Positions 52,594-63,294 of a stretch of DNA of 64,000 nt are shown in pieces. This DNA comes from an uncultured delta proteobacterium (lineage in GTDB: Bacteria; Desulfobacterota; Binatia; UBA9968), in contig CAVWLW010000009.1 in the NCBI GenBank assembly GCA_963755715.1, positions 1 through 64,000 of the forward strand. The letters run 5' to 3'. Under the pieces are notes generated by a model. The model was given only the letters and a program-made list of their open reading frames with translations, was not told the DNA's origin and made no database searches. The position numbers and the translations under genes were made by a program. Positions within the stretch are counted from its first letter, which is position 1. Each line of letters starts with the position of its first letter.

Positions 52594-53474
52594 CTATGAA
52601 GACCGCTTGGACTCGACCCGTCGTAAACCTTCCGCGATCGCCCGACGCAGGATCGCACTCAGCGCCTTTTTTTTGTACGCGGCTGAGCCGCGCAGATCCT
52701 CGATCGGCTCAGCGCCTTCTTGAATCACGTGGCCGGCTTGCTCGATCAGCTCTGAAGTAATTTTCTTCCCACGCAGCAAAGCTTCAACCGGGACGCCTTT
52801 CGTCGGCGTCGAATGAGCGCCGGTGACACCGATGCCGATTTCATTACAGACGGCGTTCGCATCGAGACTCAACTGCACGGCAGCACTGGCGATCGCAAAA
52901 TCGCCCGCCACTTTTTCGAGCTTCTGATAGACGCCCGCGCTGCTTTTATCAGGCAACGGAAACACAATCTCGGTTAGAATTTCGTCGGGTTCCATCGTGG
53001 TAGTATAAGCGAAGGTAAAAAACTCATCGGCCGGGATGACACGCTCGCCGCGCGCGCCGGCGCATTTCAACTGAGCATTTAGCGCCAGCACAACCGCGCC
53101 GTAATCCCCGCCGGATCGGCCTCCGCCAAGCCGCCGCCGATGGTGCCCCGGTTACGTACTTGCGCGTCGCCGATCTCGCTTGCTGCTTCACGGAGAATCG
53201 GCAACCTATCGCCGATCAGGCGGGATTCCTCGATCTGCACGTGACGCGTCATCGCGCCGAAGCGAACCGTGCCCGCTTCTTCTCGAATATAATTCAGATC
53301 CGCGATCCGATGGATGTCGATCAGATATTTGGGCCGGGCGACGCGTAGCTTCATCATCGGCACCAAACTCTGGCCGCCGGCGAGAAGTTTGGCGTCATCA
53401 CCGTATTGGCGCAAGAACTCGATCGCTTCGCCGATTCCTTTTGGCGCGAGATATTCAAAAGCCACTGGATACAT
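52594..53474 (-). CDS. Molybdenum hydroxylase FAD subunit (CoxM/CutM-like; frameshift ~53105)
   Basis: AKLLAGGQSLVPMMKLR, QVRNRGTIGG, DLRGSAAYK. Confidence 0.93.
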
Positions 53475-53484
53475 GTTTTTCAGA

Positions 53485-54507
53485 TTACCTCTTGCTATAT
53501 TCGTAGCGCATCGGGTCCCACTTGCTGGCGCGAATATCGTCGTAAGCTTTTTTCACGAAGCTGAAATCGTAGACCTGATCAAGGGTCACCGGCCCTTTGA
53601 TCCGGCTGGTCGCTCCGACGGCGCGCATTTGCTCGCGCACCCGTTCGATATTGGTCGTCATCACCTCTTCGCTGGCGCGGCCGACCTGCGCGAGATCGGA
53701 AGCCTGTTTATCGCGCTCGCGCCAGATCTCTTTGGCTTCGTTCAAGTCATTGATGCGCAGCACTTCCATAATAAACTTCGCCGACTCATTGGCGTTGCGA
53801 TGATAAAAGAGTTGGCCCTTGAGCGTCGCTTTGACCACCCGATACACCTCATCCGGCGAGTTTTTGATTTTGTCGTCGTTGGTTTCGAGGTTAGCGCTGA
53901 GCGCCGAGACATAATCGCCGCTGTAGGCGAGGATGCGAAAGCCCTTCGATTGGGCGATGCGTGCGTTGCCGATCGTGATCATGGTGGCGTCCACCGTCCC
54001 GGCCAGGAGCGCGCCGAAGCGAACCGACGGTTCACCGAGCGCGCGCATTTGCACCGTATCGACGGCCACGCCATTTTTGCTGAGCAGCTCACGAAACAGC
54101 AGCGTCGAATTGCCCGACGAGTCGGAGATCGCCACGGTCTTGCCGTTCAACTGCTTGATATTCGTGATCTTGGGCGACACGACAAGATACTGTGACGGCT
54201 TGTCGGTGCTGACCTGGAGAATTTTCATGCGCGCGCCGCCGAGGATCGCCGGAATCGACCCTCCGTTGCCGTAATCGACGGCGCCGCTAACGACAACCTG
54301 GGTCGTCACGGTGCCGCGGGTGACGATCACATCGACATCAAAACCTTCTTCCCGGTAGAAACCCAATCGTTGCGAAATCGTATAAGGAACCAGCGATTCA
54401 CCCGGGGCTTTCGACGCGATGCGAATTTTCTTCAGCGTCTGCGCGTCGACGAGCTGAGATGCCGCACAAACAATTAACGCTGTCGCCAAAATTAATTTTG
54501 CTAGCAT
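53485..54507 (-). CDS. NMT1/SsuA-type substrate-binding protein, tandem paralog 2
   Basis: GFYREEGFDVD; signal peptide; 340 aa. Confidence 0.92.
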   Translation of the reverse strand: MLAKLILATALIVCAASQLVDAQTLKKIRIASKAPGESLVPYTISQRLGFYREEGFDVDVIVTRGTVTTQVVVSGAVDYGNGGSIPAILGGARMKILQVSTDKPSQYLVVSPKITNIKQLNGKTVAISDSSGNSTLLFRELLSKNGVAVDTVQMRALGEPSVRFGALLAGTVDATMITIGNARIAQSKGFRILAYSGDYVSALSANLETNDDKIKNSPDEVYRVVKATLKGQLFYHRNANESAKFIMEVLRINDLNEAKEIWRERDKQASDLAQVGRASEEVMTTNIERVREQMRAVGATSRIKGPVTLDQVYDFSFVKKAYDDIRASKWDPMRYEYSKR

Positions 54508-54528
54508 AATGAAGCTACCGTCATTAGC

Positions 54529-55551
54529 TCACCGCTTGGCGTATTCATAGCGCAGCGGATCCCACTTGCTCGCTTGGATCTCGTCATAGGCTTTCTTGAC
54601 AAAACTAAAGTCGTAAACCTGATCCAGGGTAATTTTTTCTCTAAGCCGCGCCGCGGCGCCGACCATTTTCATCTGATCGCGCACACGCTCGATGTTGGTC
54701 ATGAGCGCGTCCTCCGAGGCCCGGCCCACCTGCGCCAACTCGGATGCCTGCTTGGTGCGCTCGCTCCAAACTTCCTTGGCGTCGTCCAGATTGGACAGAC
54801 CGGCGACTTCCATGATGAACTTGACCGCCTCCTTAGGATTGCGATGAAAAAACAGCTGGCCCTTTAAAGTCGCCTTGACCACGCGATAAACCTCGCTGGG
54901 CGAGTTTTGAATTTTATCATCGGTGGTTTCCAGGTTGGCGCTCAGCGACGAGACATGGTCACCGCTGTAAGCGAGAATGCGAAATCCCTTGGTTTGCGCC
55001 TGCTTGGCGATCGCGTAGGAAAGCATGGTCGCGTCCACCGCGCCGCTCAAGAGCGCGCCGTAGCGCACCGCTTGCTCGCCCAACGGGCGCATCTGCAAGT
55101 TATCGATTGCCACGCCATTTTTGCTCAGCATCTCGCGCATCAGCAGTGTTGAATTGCCCGACGCGTCGGAAACGGCGATGCTCTTGCCCGCCAGTTGCTT
55201 CATGTTGGTGATCTTCGCTGAAGTGACCAAATGCTGCGCCGGCTTGTCGGTGTTGATCTGCAAGATTTTCAGCCGCGCGCCGGCAAGCATCGCCGGGATC
55301 GATCCGCCGTTGCTATAATCCACCGCGCCGCTCACAACGACCTGCGTCGTCACCGTCCCGCGCGTCACGATCGCGTCGACATCCAACCCTTCTTCTCTAT
55401 AGAAACCCAACCGCTGCGAAATCACGTAAGGCAGCAATGATTCGCCCGCCCCTTTTGATGCGATACGAATCTTCTTGAGCGCTTCGGCGCCGAACGCCTG
55501 CGCGGTCGCCAGCTCAAGCAAGAGAGCGAGTATGATTAGACGATGCCACAT
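54529..55551 (-). CDS. NMT1/SsuA-type substrate-binding protein, tandem paralog 1
   Basis: GFYREEGLDVD; signal peptide; 340 aa. Confidence 0.92.
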   Translation of the reverse strand: MWHRLIILALLLELATAQAFGAEALKKIRIASKGAGESLLPYVISQRLGFYREEGLDVDAIVTRGTVTTQVVVSGAVDYSNGGSIPAMLAGARLKILQINTDKPAQHLVTSAKITNMKQLAGKSIAVSDASGNSTLLMREMLSKNGVAIDNLQMRPLGEQAVRYGALLSGAVDATMLSYAIAKQAQTKGFRILAYSGDHVSSLSANLETTDDKIQNSPSEVYRVVKATLKGQLFFHRNPKEAVKFIMEVAGLSNLDDAKEVWSERTKQASELAQVGRASEDALMTNIERVRDQMKMVGAAARLREKITLDQVYDFSFVKKAYDEIQASKWDPLRYEYAKR

Positions 55552-55608
55552 GACCGTTCCACCGAATCGCCTGAGCCGTGCCGATGCGAACCGAGAATAC
55601 CTACGCGA

Positions 55609-56277
55609 TCAAGTAACACGCGGTCCCGCGAAGATCCGCCCCATGTTATCTCTCGCGCCTTCGTAAATATCGTCGCCGTGGCCGACCAACAATCGTTCCA
55701 GATCCAAATTCATCGCGATCAAGCGGCGCACCGACTCGGCCGCCGCCTCTGGATCGGACGACAAATAAGTCGGCGAAACCACCAGATGCTCGCCCGCGCT
55801 GACGATGGCGTCGCCGGCGATCATGGTTTTGATCCGCGGCAGATGCAGACTGATGTGCCCGGGCGTATGCCCGGGAGTATGAATCACGTTGATGCCGCCG
55901 CAGTCGGGCAGACGCTCGCCGCCTTTGACCACATGTTCGACATCATAGCCGCTCGCTTTCTGGATCGCCGGCATATCGAGCTCATGGGCCATCACTTCGA
56001 ACTTGAGGGTCTTTTTGAGCTTCTTCAGGCCGCCGGTGTGATCGCCGTGGCGATGGGTGAGCACGCAGAGTTTCAAGTCCGCATGGTTGTGACCCATGTC
56101 TTTAATCGCATCCATGATGATGTCCGCATCGGCGTCCGACGCGCCGGTGTCGACCAGAATCACGCGGTTTTCGCCTGCGACCAGGAAAGATTTGACGACG
56201 CCGCGGTTGTTCATGGCGACTCGACACGGGACAATCTTGATGCCGTCGATCGGAATATCTTTGAGAATGCTGACCAT
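55609..56277 (-). CDS. MBL-fold metallo-hydrolase
   Basis: LVDTG, THRHGDHTG, HTPGHTPGH, AGDA, VGHG. Confidence 0.93.
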   Translation of the reverse strand: MVSILKDIPIDGIKIVPCRVAMNNRGVVKSFLVAGENRVILVDTGASDADADIIMDAIKDMGHNHADLKLCVLTHRHGDHTGGLKKLKKTLKFEVMAHELDMPAIQKASGYDVEHVVKGGERLPDCGGINVIHTPGHTPGHISLHLPRIKTMIAGDAIVSAGEHLVVSPTYLSSDPEAAAESVRRLIAMNLDLERLLVGHGDDIYEGARDNMGRIFAGPRVT

Positions 56278-56286
56278 GATTGCCCC

Positions 56287-56758
56287 TCACTTGGTAAAAT
56301 TCGTCGCCGCTTCTTTGATCGCCGCGACGATATTGCCGTAACCGGTGCAGCGGCAGAGATTGCCGGAAATCGCCTTCTTGATTTGCTCTTCAGTCGGCTT
56401 GCTTCCTTTGCTGAGCAACCCGTAAGCCGACATGAGCATGCCGGGCGTGCAGTAGCCGCACTCCACCGCGTCGTTTTTCCAAAATGCTTCCTGCAGCGGA
56501 TGCAATCGTTTGTCCTGCGCCAAACCTTCGACGGTGACGATTTCGTCGCCGTCAGCTTGGACGGCGAAGACCATGCACGATTTCACCGCCGTGCCGTTCC
56601 ACATCACGGTACACGCGCCGCAGCGGCCGACGACGCAGCCCAAATGGGTGCCGGTCAATCTCAAGCGTCGCGCAAAAAATGCGCCAAGTAGAGTTCTCGG
56701 CTCAGCTTCGCCCGAATACGATTTGCCATTGACGTGTTAAAGAAATGGTTTTAAGCAT
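56287..56758 (-). CDS. Molybdenum hydroxylase 2Fe-2S subunit (CoxS-like; 5' frameshifts)
   Basis: GCVVGRCGACT, CGYCTPG, GNLCRCTGY. Confidence 0.93.
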
Positions 56759-59132
56759 TGAGCCGATTTCGCCTGCGCTTTCTCGATAAGATCCAAAACT
56801 CTGTCCGGCGTGAGCGGCGTCTCGCGAACTCTTCACGCCGAAAGGGCTCAACGCGTCTTCCACCGCGCTGCACAGCGCCGGCGGCGGCCCAAGCATGCCG
56901 GTCTCGCCCGCGCCTTTCGCGCCCAACGGCGTAAATGGATTGGGCGTGACGATGTGCTCCAACGCCAACTCCGGCACTTCCTCCGCCGATGGCAAGCGAT
57001 AGTCCATGAACGTTGATGACAAGAGCTGACCATCTTCGCTATAGCGCAGCTCTTCGTAAAGCGCCGCGCCGATACCTTGCATGATCGAGCCCTGCTGTTG
57101 GGTGTCGACGATCTGCGGATTGATCATGTTGCCGCAGTCGTGCACCGTGCAGTACCGGACGATCTTGATCATGCCGGTTTCGACATCGACATCGACCACC
57201 GCGATCACGCGCCGCATACGGATAACTCGAAAAGGTATTCATGCGCCCTTTGTCATCGGGCGTGTAATCGATATTGGGATTGATGAAATAGCCGGTGACT
57301 TCCAGACCGGGCTCCATATTTTCCGGCAGCAAGTGAATCGCGCCGTAGGCGGTGCGGACGATTTCCATCACCGCGATGGACTGCTCCTTGTTTTCCTTGG
57401 CGAAAACTTTGCCGTCGCCGATCTCGAGTTTTCCGGCGCGACGCTTCAATTGGCGTCGCGGCGATGCCGAGAATCTTGTCGCGCATCAATTTGCCCGCCA
57501 CCCAAGCCGACGGCATCAAGACCACCGAAGAACGGCTGCTGCCGGTGCCGAAGCCATAGGGCGTCGGCAAAGTATCGCCGTGAATCACGGTGATCTTGTC
57601 GAAGGGAATGCCGGTTTGACTGGCGACGATCTGCGCGAGCGTCGTCTCGTGCCCCTGTCCCTGCTCGCCCATGCTGGAAAACACCGTCGCCGCGCCGGAG
57701 GGATCGATGCGCAAGCGGCACGACGCATAGCCGCCGGTCGCATGAATGCGGCTTGAGCTCGTCGGCTCCATCACCAGAGCCACGCCGATGCCGCGATAGA
57801 TTCCTTTTTTGCGCAACTCGGCTTGCTCTTTGCGCAGTTGATCATACCCGGCGATCTCCGCGGTGCGTTTCATCGCCAGATGATACTGGCCGCTGTCGTA
57901 GAGCGCGCCGGTGGCGTTGCGATAAGGAAACGCGTCGGCGGGGATGAAATTTTTCATCCGAATGTCGATTGGGTCGATTTTCAACTGGCGCGCGGCGATG
58001 TCGACCAGCCGTTCGAGAATATACGACGCGTCGGCCTTGCCGATGCCGCGCAGGATCCATGCGTCGTCTTATTGGTGGAGATGCCGAGCGCGTCTACCTC
58101 ATAGTTTTGAATTTGATAAACGCCGGTCATGTACAGCGCCGCGGCCTGAATCGAATGATCGACGGTGTAGGTCGAGCCCATATCGGCGATGATCTTGTCT
58201 CTGATGGCGAGCATCGTGCCGTCTTTCTTGAGCGCCATCTCGATGTAGTGAATCTGATCGCGCCCATGGCGGCCGTTGCGCATGTGCTCGACCCGCGTCT
58301 CGCACCATTTGATCGGCCGGCCGAACTGGAGCGAGAGATAGGGCAGCAGTAATTCTTCCTGATAAGTTTGAATTTTAACGCCGAAGGAGCCGCCGACGTC
58401 CGGCGCAATCACGCGGATTTTACCTTCGGGAAAACTTAGAATATCGGCGATGCGACCCCGCAGTGAATGCGGATTCGCCGTCGCCGACCACATGGTCAGG
58501 CTGTCTTCTTCTTTATTGTAAGAAGCCAGATACGCGCGCGGCTCGATCGGGCATGCGGTGATACGGTGGCTGCGAATTCGTTCTTTGATGACGACGTCGG
58601 CGTCTTGAAAGACTTTGTCGATGCCGTCCGTGGCGAAATGGTATTTGTAGACGATATTGCTTCCGGCATCTTCATGAACCGGTTGCGCGCCCGGCTCCAT
58701 CGCCGCTTCCGGATCGATGACCACCGGCAACAAATCATAATCCACCGAGATCATCTCGGCGGCGTCCTCCGCCAGATAACGATTGTCCGCCACCACGACC
58801 GCCAAAGGTTCACCGAAGTAGCGAATCTTATCGACAGCCAAAGGATAAAGCTTCACGGGCCGCAGCACCGAGCTGCCGCCGACGCGCAAAGGCTTGACGT
58901 GCTGCTCGATGTCCTTGCCGGTAAACACAGCGTGCACACCGGGCATCGCGCGCGCCGCTTCGACGTCGATCGATTTGATCTTGGCGTGAGCGCAGGAACT
59001 GCGCGCGAACGCGACCTGCAATGTCCCCGGCGGTAAAAGGTCGTCCACGTAGCGACCGGTGCCGGTAATGAAGCGTTGGGTTTCTTTGCGGCGAACCCGT
59101 TCGCCGATAGGCGAATTGATCGAATATTCCAT
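56737..59132 (-). CDS. Molybdenum hydroxylase large subunit (xanthine dehydrogenase/CoxL family; about four frameshifts)
   Basis: TGTGRYVDD, DVGGSFGVK, GQGHETT, DCGNMINP, GAKGAGE; loop reconstructs as GSLRGIGK. Confidence 0.93.
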
Positions 59133-59175
59133 AAGAGTTTTCTGGGATGCCTTGCTAGGGATGGTTATTTTCAGC

Positions 59176-60234
59176 TCACACTTTGAAGTGGCCATCCTCG
59201 CAAACCACTTTATTGTCGTCGACGACGAAGGTCACGCGCCGGGCGATGCCTTCCAAGCGCAGCGTGCTCTTCACTTGGCCGCGGTCGGCGCCATGACCGA
59301 TGCCGAAATGCATCGCGCCAAAGGCTTTCTTATCGTTGCGCATCAAGCCCATGGGCGCCCAGCAGCGATGGTTGGTGCCGACCGCGATCTCGCCGCCGAC
59401 CAGCATGGTTTGATCGTCGCCGTAGGTTTCTAAATACCAGCGGACCTGATCCGCCTCGGCGCCGCCGTCGATGCTGACCACTTTGCCGTTCTTGATCGTC
59501 AACGTCACCGGATCGCGCCACAGTCCGGAGGGATAGTGCGAGGTCGTATCCCAAACGATTTTACCGTTGGCGGTTCCCGGCACCGGTTCGACATGGATTT
59601 CGCCGTAAGGCCAAGTGCCGCCGCCCAGTTTGCCGGTCTTGGCATTGCGTTCGAACGGCATTTTGCGCCAGCGCTCGGCGAAGTAGCCCGGCGGCATCCC
59701 GGAAATATCGGCGACCAGGTCGCTGCCGGCCGGCGAGGTCACGTGAATTTTTTTGCCGTGGTCATAAACCTCGCCGATGCGCCGCTGCAAGTCGCAAATC
59801 TGTTCGAGATCTTCAACCGTCGCGCGGCCGCCGCCTTCGGTGAGAATCTCCACCGTAGTCTCTTCCATCAACCAGATCGGCGTGCGCCCGCTGCCGCCGC
59901 CTTCAGCGCGGATCGCGCGCAAGCCGGGGGTGCCGCTGTTAAGCGCGGTGGTTGTCAACGCGACGACAGCGTCGGCTTCCTTCGCCGCCGAAACCGCCAT
60001 CGCCGTGGGATCACCGCAGTGATAAGTCCGGCGCGGATAGAGCGCCAGGGTCACTTCGGCGCCGCGCTCCTGCAACGCCGCCATCGCCGACTGCCAAACC
60101 ATCGGGTCCATCGAATCGTCGGTCATGATCAACAGACGATCGCCTGCCTGCACGTTGCGAAACGGCACTTTCCAAGCGCTCATCAAGCTGATGATTTTCG
60201 TCGAGGGAATTCCATATCTTTCTGCCATCACCAT
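59176..60234 (-). CDS. M29 aminopeptidase-fold / NicX-like protein
   Basis: VTSPAGSDL, WPYGEIHVEP, ANGKIVWD, GEIAVGTN, MHFGIG. Confidence 0.82.
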   Translation of the reverse strand: MVMAERYGIPSTKIISLMSAWKVPFRNVQAGDRLLIMTDDSMDPMVWQSAMAALQERGAEVTLALYPRRTYHCGDPTAMAVSAAKEADAVVALTTTALNSGTPGLRAIRAEGGGSGRTPIWLMEETTVEILTEGGGRATVEDLEQICDLQRRIGEVYDHGKKIHVTSPAGSDLVADISGMPPGYFAERWRKMPFERNAKTGKLGGGTWPYGEIHVEPVPGTANGKIVWDTTSHYPSGLWRDPVTLTIKNGKVVSIDGGAEADQVRWYLETYGDDQTMLVGGEIAVGTNHRCWAPMGLMRNDKKAFGAMHFGIGHGADRGQVKSTLRLEGIARRVTFVVDDNKVVCEDGHFKV

Positions 60235-60309
60235 AAGTCACCTCCTGTAGTTGGAATCATTTGAGATTTTCCGAACTCCGCGTCTTCGCGGGGCAACTTC
60301 TAATCGGAT

Positions 60310-61725
60310 TTAATCTTCCCCCAGCGCCTTGCCCCACTTGGCATTGGTCTCTTTCAATAATTCCTCGGCAATTTGCGTGGTCGCCGGGAATTCGTCGATC
60401 CAATGATAGGGCCGGCAGGCGTCGATGATCGCCACCGAGCCGGTGTAGTCCGCCACTTCCTTTTTATGTTTGGGCAAACGCGGATCGATTTTGTAGCTCC
60501 AAATGCGCCGCGCCACATCCACTGAGGTTTCCGGATCGCAGCGCGTCGCGATCGCCCACAACACCTGTTCGAGATTGTAAGGGTCGATGTCTTCATCGAC
60601 GACGATGACGAATCTGCCGTGATAACCCGCCGTGCCGCCGATGGCGCCATGCGCCGCGCGCATCGCATGGCCGGGATAAGCTTGCTTGAGTGAAATGATG
60701 CACATGCCCCACGAATAATTGACCGCCTTGATGTCGGGGATGCCCAAGGCATCCAGTTCGTTCCAAACCAGGATGCCGCGCGAGGAGAGAATACCGCGGC
60801 TAGCGCCGATAAACGGCGGCGAGCCGAGGATGATAGGCTCGTTGCGATGGAGCACGCTGCGGATCATCGTTACCGGCGCCGGGCGCGCGCCGCCGCCGTA
60901 GTATCCGGAAAATTCACCGAAGGGTCCTTCTATCTCCAAGCCGGCCGACGGCGGCAACATCTCGCCTTCCAAAACAACTTCGGCGGTGGCTGGAATCGGC
61001 AGGTCGGTAAACACGCCCTGGGTCACTTCCACCGGCGCGCCGCGCATCCAGCCGGCAAAACCATATTCCGACACGCCCCAATTGGTGTTGGTGCCGGCGG
61101 CCACTAACAGCGACGGCTCTTGACCGAGACAAATCGCGATCGGACAAGGCTTGCCCTTGGCCCAATATTTTTTGCGGATCACGTCGCCGTGATGGCCGGA
61201 ACCGATGTGCGCGACGATTTTGTTCTTGCCGAGCAACATGAAGCGGTAGGAGCCGACATTGATGTACCCCGACTCGAGATCGCGCGTCACCGACGAAGTC
61301 GCGCAAATATACGGACCGCCATCGCGCTCATGCCATTTCGGCCAGGGCAGCTTGGTGAGGTCGACTGCCGAATCTTGAAAAACATTCTCCTTGATCGGCC
61401 CGTCTTTGACTTCCACGGGTTTGATGGGATCGTAATTTTTCAATCGCCCCTTCCAGTAGAGCACCGCTTCAGGATCGGTGAGATCGTTGGACACGCCGAA
61501 GACCAAGCGCTCGCGCAACCGGTTCGAAAGAAAATTGGTCAGCACGCGAAAGCCTTTGGGATGGCCCTTGATCGAATCGAACAGCACCGCCGGGCAAGAT
61601 TTGCGAAACGAAGCCAGCTCGGTGATCGCGCCGATTTCTAGTTCGCAGCTCGCGCCATCGATGGTTTTTAACTGACCGAGCTCGGTCAAAGTCGCAAGAT
61701 ACTGTCGTAGGTCGTTAAAAATCAC
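60310..61725 (-). CDS. UbiD family prFMN-dependent decarboxylase
   Basis: FNDLRQYL, DGGPYI, NVGSYR, EGPFGEFSGYY, VVDEDID, WAIATRCDP; GTG start overlaps the OsmC stop. Confidence 0.95.
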   Translation of the reverse strand: MIFNDLRQYLATLTELGQLKTIDGASCELEIGAITELASFRKSCPAVLFDSIKGHPKGFRVLTNFLSNRLRERLVFGVSNDLTDPEAVLYWKGRLKNYDPIKPVEVKDGPIKENVFQDSAVDLTKLPWPKWHERDGGPYICATSSVTRDLESGYINVGSYRFMLLGKNKIVAHIGSGHHGDVIRKKYWAKGKPCPIAICLGQEPSLLVAAGTNTNWGVSEYGFAGWMRGAPVEVTQGVFTDLPIPATAEVVLEGEMLPPSAGLEIEGPFGEFSGYYGGGARPAPVTMIRSVLHRNEPIILGSPPFIGASRGILSSRGILVWNELDALGIPDIKAVNYSWGMCIISLKQAYPGHAMRAAHGAIGGTAGYHGRFVIVVDEDIDPYNLEQVLWAIATRCDPETSVDVARRIWSYKIDPRLPKHKKEVADYTGSVAIIDACRPYHWIDEFPATTQIAEELLKETNAKWGKALGED

Positions 61726-62279
61726 TTCTTTCTCCTGTCGTAAAGTTTCATGCCGAGGTTCTGTTGGTTGTGCAGGATCGTCACTTCGATCGGTATGCTT
61801 CGCGCCGCCGAAACAAAAGCCGGACAACGGCGCGTCGCGGCTTCGACGATCGATTGAATCGCATCCGCCGAGTTGGGGCTTTCGATCGTCACCGTGTATT
61901 TGATCAGATCGAATCCGCGTTCGACTTCTTTGCCCGCGTCGCCGCCTCCCGCCTCGACGAAGCCGGAGATTTCTCCCTGGAGACGATCCAATTGCACATC
62001 CGCCACCGCCGAACTCTTCACGCACCAGACCTGATGGCACATCATGATACCGGCGAGAAAATATCTGAGCGGCGCCGGCCCGGCGTCATGTCCGCCGGCT
62101 TCGTCGCCCTCGTCGGAAATAAAACTATGTCCCTCCACGGTGGCGCGGAATTGCAGTCCATGCAGCGCTTTGCAGTTCACCGTGGTTACCGGCCGTCGCG
62201 CTTCGCCCTCTTTACGCGCGCGGCGCTGTGTCAGTTGCCGCGTGGCGATTTCTTTGAGGTTGGCTTCCACCTTGAACAT
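61722..62279 (-). CDS. OsmC family protein
   Basis: SDEGDEAGGHDAGPAP, two-Cys pattern (MMC...RCP). Confidence 0.9.
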   Translation of the reverse strand: MFKVEANLKEIATRQLTQRRARKEGEARRPVTTVNCKALHGLQFRATVEGHSFISDEGDEAGGHDAGPAPLRYFLAGIMMCHQVWCVKSSAVADVQLDRLQGEISGFVEAGGGDAGKEVERGFDLIKYTVTIESPNSADAIQSIVEAATRRCPAFVSAARSIPIEVTILHNQQNLGMKLYDRRKK

Positions 62280-62359
62280 CGTTGCCTCCAAATCTCTTAA
62301 CTCGAAATCGTCAAATCCTCGCCATATCTATATTCGCATCTTTGGAAACACAAACTTAG

Positions 62360-63148
62360 TCAGCCGCCATGTTTACGCAAAAAAACTAGCATGAGCTTCG
62401 CGCATTCTTCCGGCACTTCGAGATGCGGCAGATGGCCAACGTTGGGAATTGCGGTGAACTCGGAGTTCGCGATCCCTTCGTGAAAAGCCTCGCCATGCGC
62501 GATCGGAACGTAGTTGTCGCGCTCGCCCCAGAGGACCAGCGCCGGCAGCCGCGCGCGGTAGAGGTAGCGAAGCAATCTCGGATCGTCGGGAAACTGCCAA
62601 GCAAAGCGCGCCAAAGTGCGCCGGCCAAGAATCGTACTCACGATCGCGTCGGCTTTCGGTGTATCGGGAAGCGTTTCCATCGCCAGCGTAGAATTAGGAT
62701 CAGCGAACAACGCCTGCCGCAGCCCAGGGCCGTCGAGACTCAAAACGTCCGCCGCGGGCGCCGTCTCCAACCGTAATCCGAGCGCGTCGATGAGGATCAG
62801 AGTTTTCAAACGATCGCTGCAGCGAATCGCCCACTCCGCCGCGATCCAGCCGCCGAACGACGCGCCGGCGACGGCGGGCTGCTCCAGGCCAAGTGCTTCG
62901 CACAAATCGAGGTAATGGATCACGAGATCTTCCATCACTTCGAATTGATCGAAGTGATCTTCCGATCCGGAAAATCCCGGATGGATCGGCACAAAGACTT
63001 CAAACTCAGCCGCAAGCCTGTCGTACAACGGCAACCAGGACGGACAAAACTCATCATGGAGAAACATGAGCGGCGGCCCGTCGCCGGCGCGAAAGAGGCG
63101 CGTGCTTCGTCCGCGAACTTTAATGGTTTCTTCTTTACAACTCGCCAT
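62360..63148 (-). CDS. Alpha/beta hydrolase
   Basis: HPGFSGS, nucleophile GASFGG, WGERD, GHLPHLE. Confidence 0.93.
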   Translation of the reverse strand: MASCKEETIKVRGRSTRLFRAGDGPPLMFLHDEFCPSWLPLYDRLAAEFEVFVPIHPGFSGSEDHFDQFEVMEDLVIHYLDLCEALGLEQPAVAGASFGGWIAAEWAIRCSDRLKTLILIDALGLRLETAPAADVLSLDGPGLRQALFADPNSTLAMETLPDTPKADAIVSTILGRRTLARFAWQFPDDPRLLRYLYRARLPALVLWGERDNYVPIAHGEAFHEGIANSEFTAIPNVGHLPHLEVPEECAKLMLVFLRKHGG

Positions 63149-63189
63149 CTCGAATTCTGGTCTCAAATGTTGCCGGTCTACTCAATTCA

Positions 63190-63267
63190 TGATTCCCGTG
63201 GAAACGGGAATCCAGGTTCTTGGAATTCAAAAAATTCAACCTGGATGCCCGCGTTCGCGAGCATGAC
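63190..63267. repeat. dRS3/RPE-4-like palindromic repeat pair
   Basis: ATTCCCGTGGAAACGGGAATCCA...TGGATGCCCGCGTTCGCGAGCATGAC. Confidence 0.7.
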
Positions 63268-63294
63268 GCACTCTACTCTCAACTAATCTGCGGC

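Noticed and set aside
52594-59132. Aerobic CO dehydrogenase (coxLMS)
   Set aside because: Lacks AYxCSFR, no coxDEFG nearby, and context is organic-substrate catabolism.
60310-62040. 576-aa UbiD with a long N-terminal extension
   Set aside because: The extension is an alternative frame of the OsmC gene; UbiD homology starts at GTG 61725.
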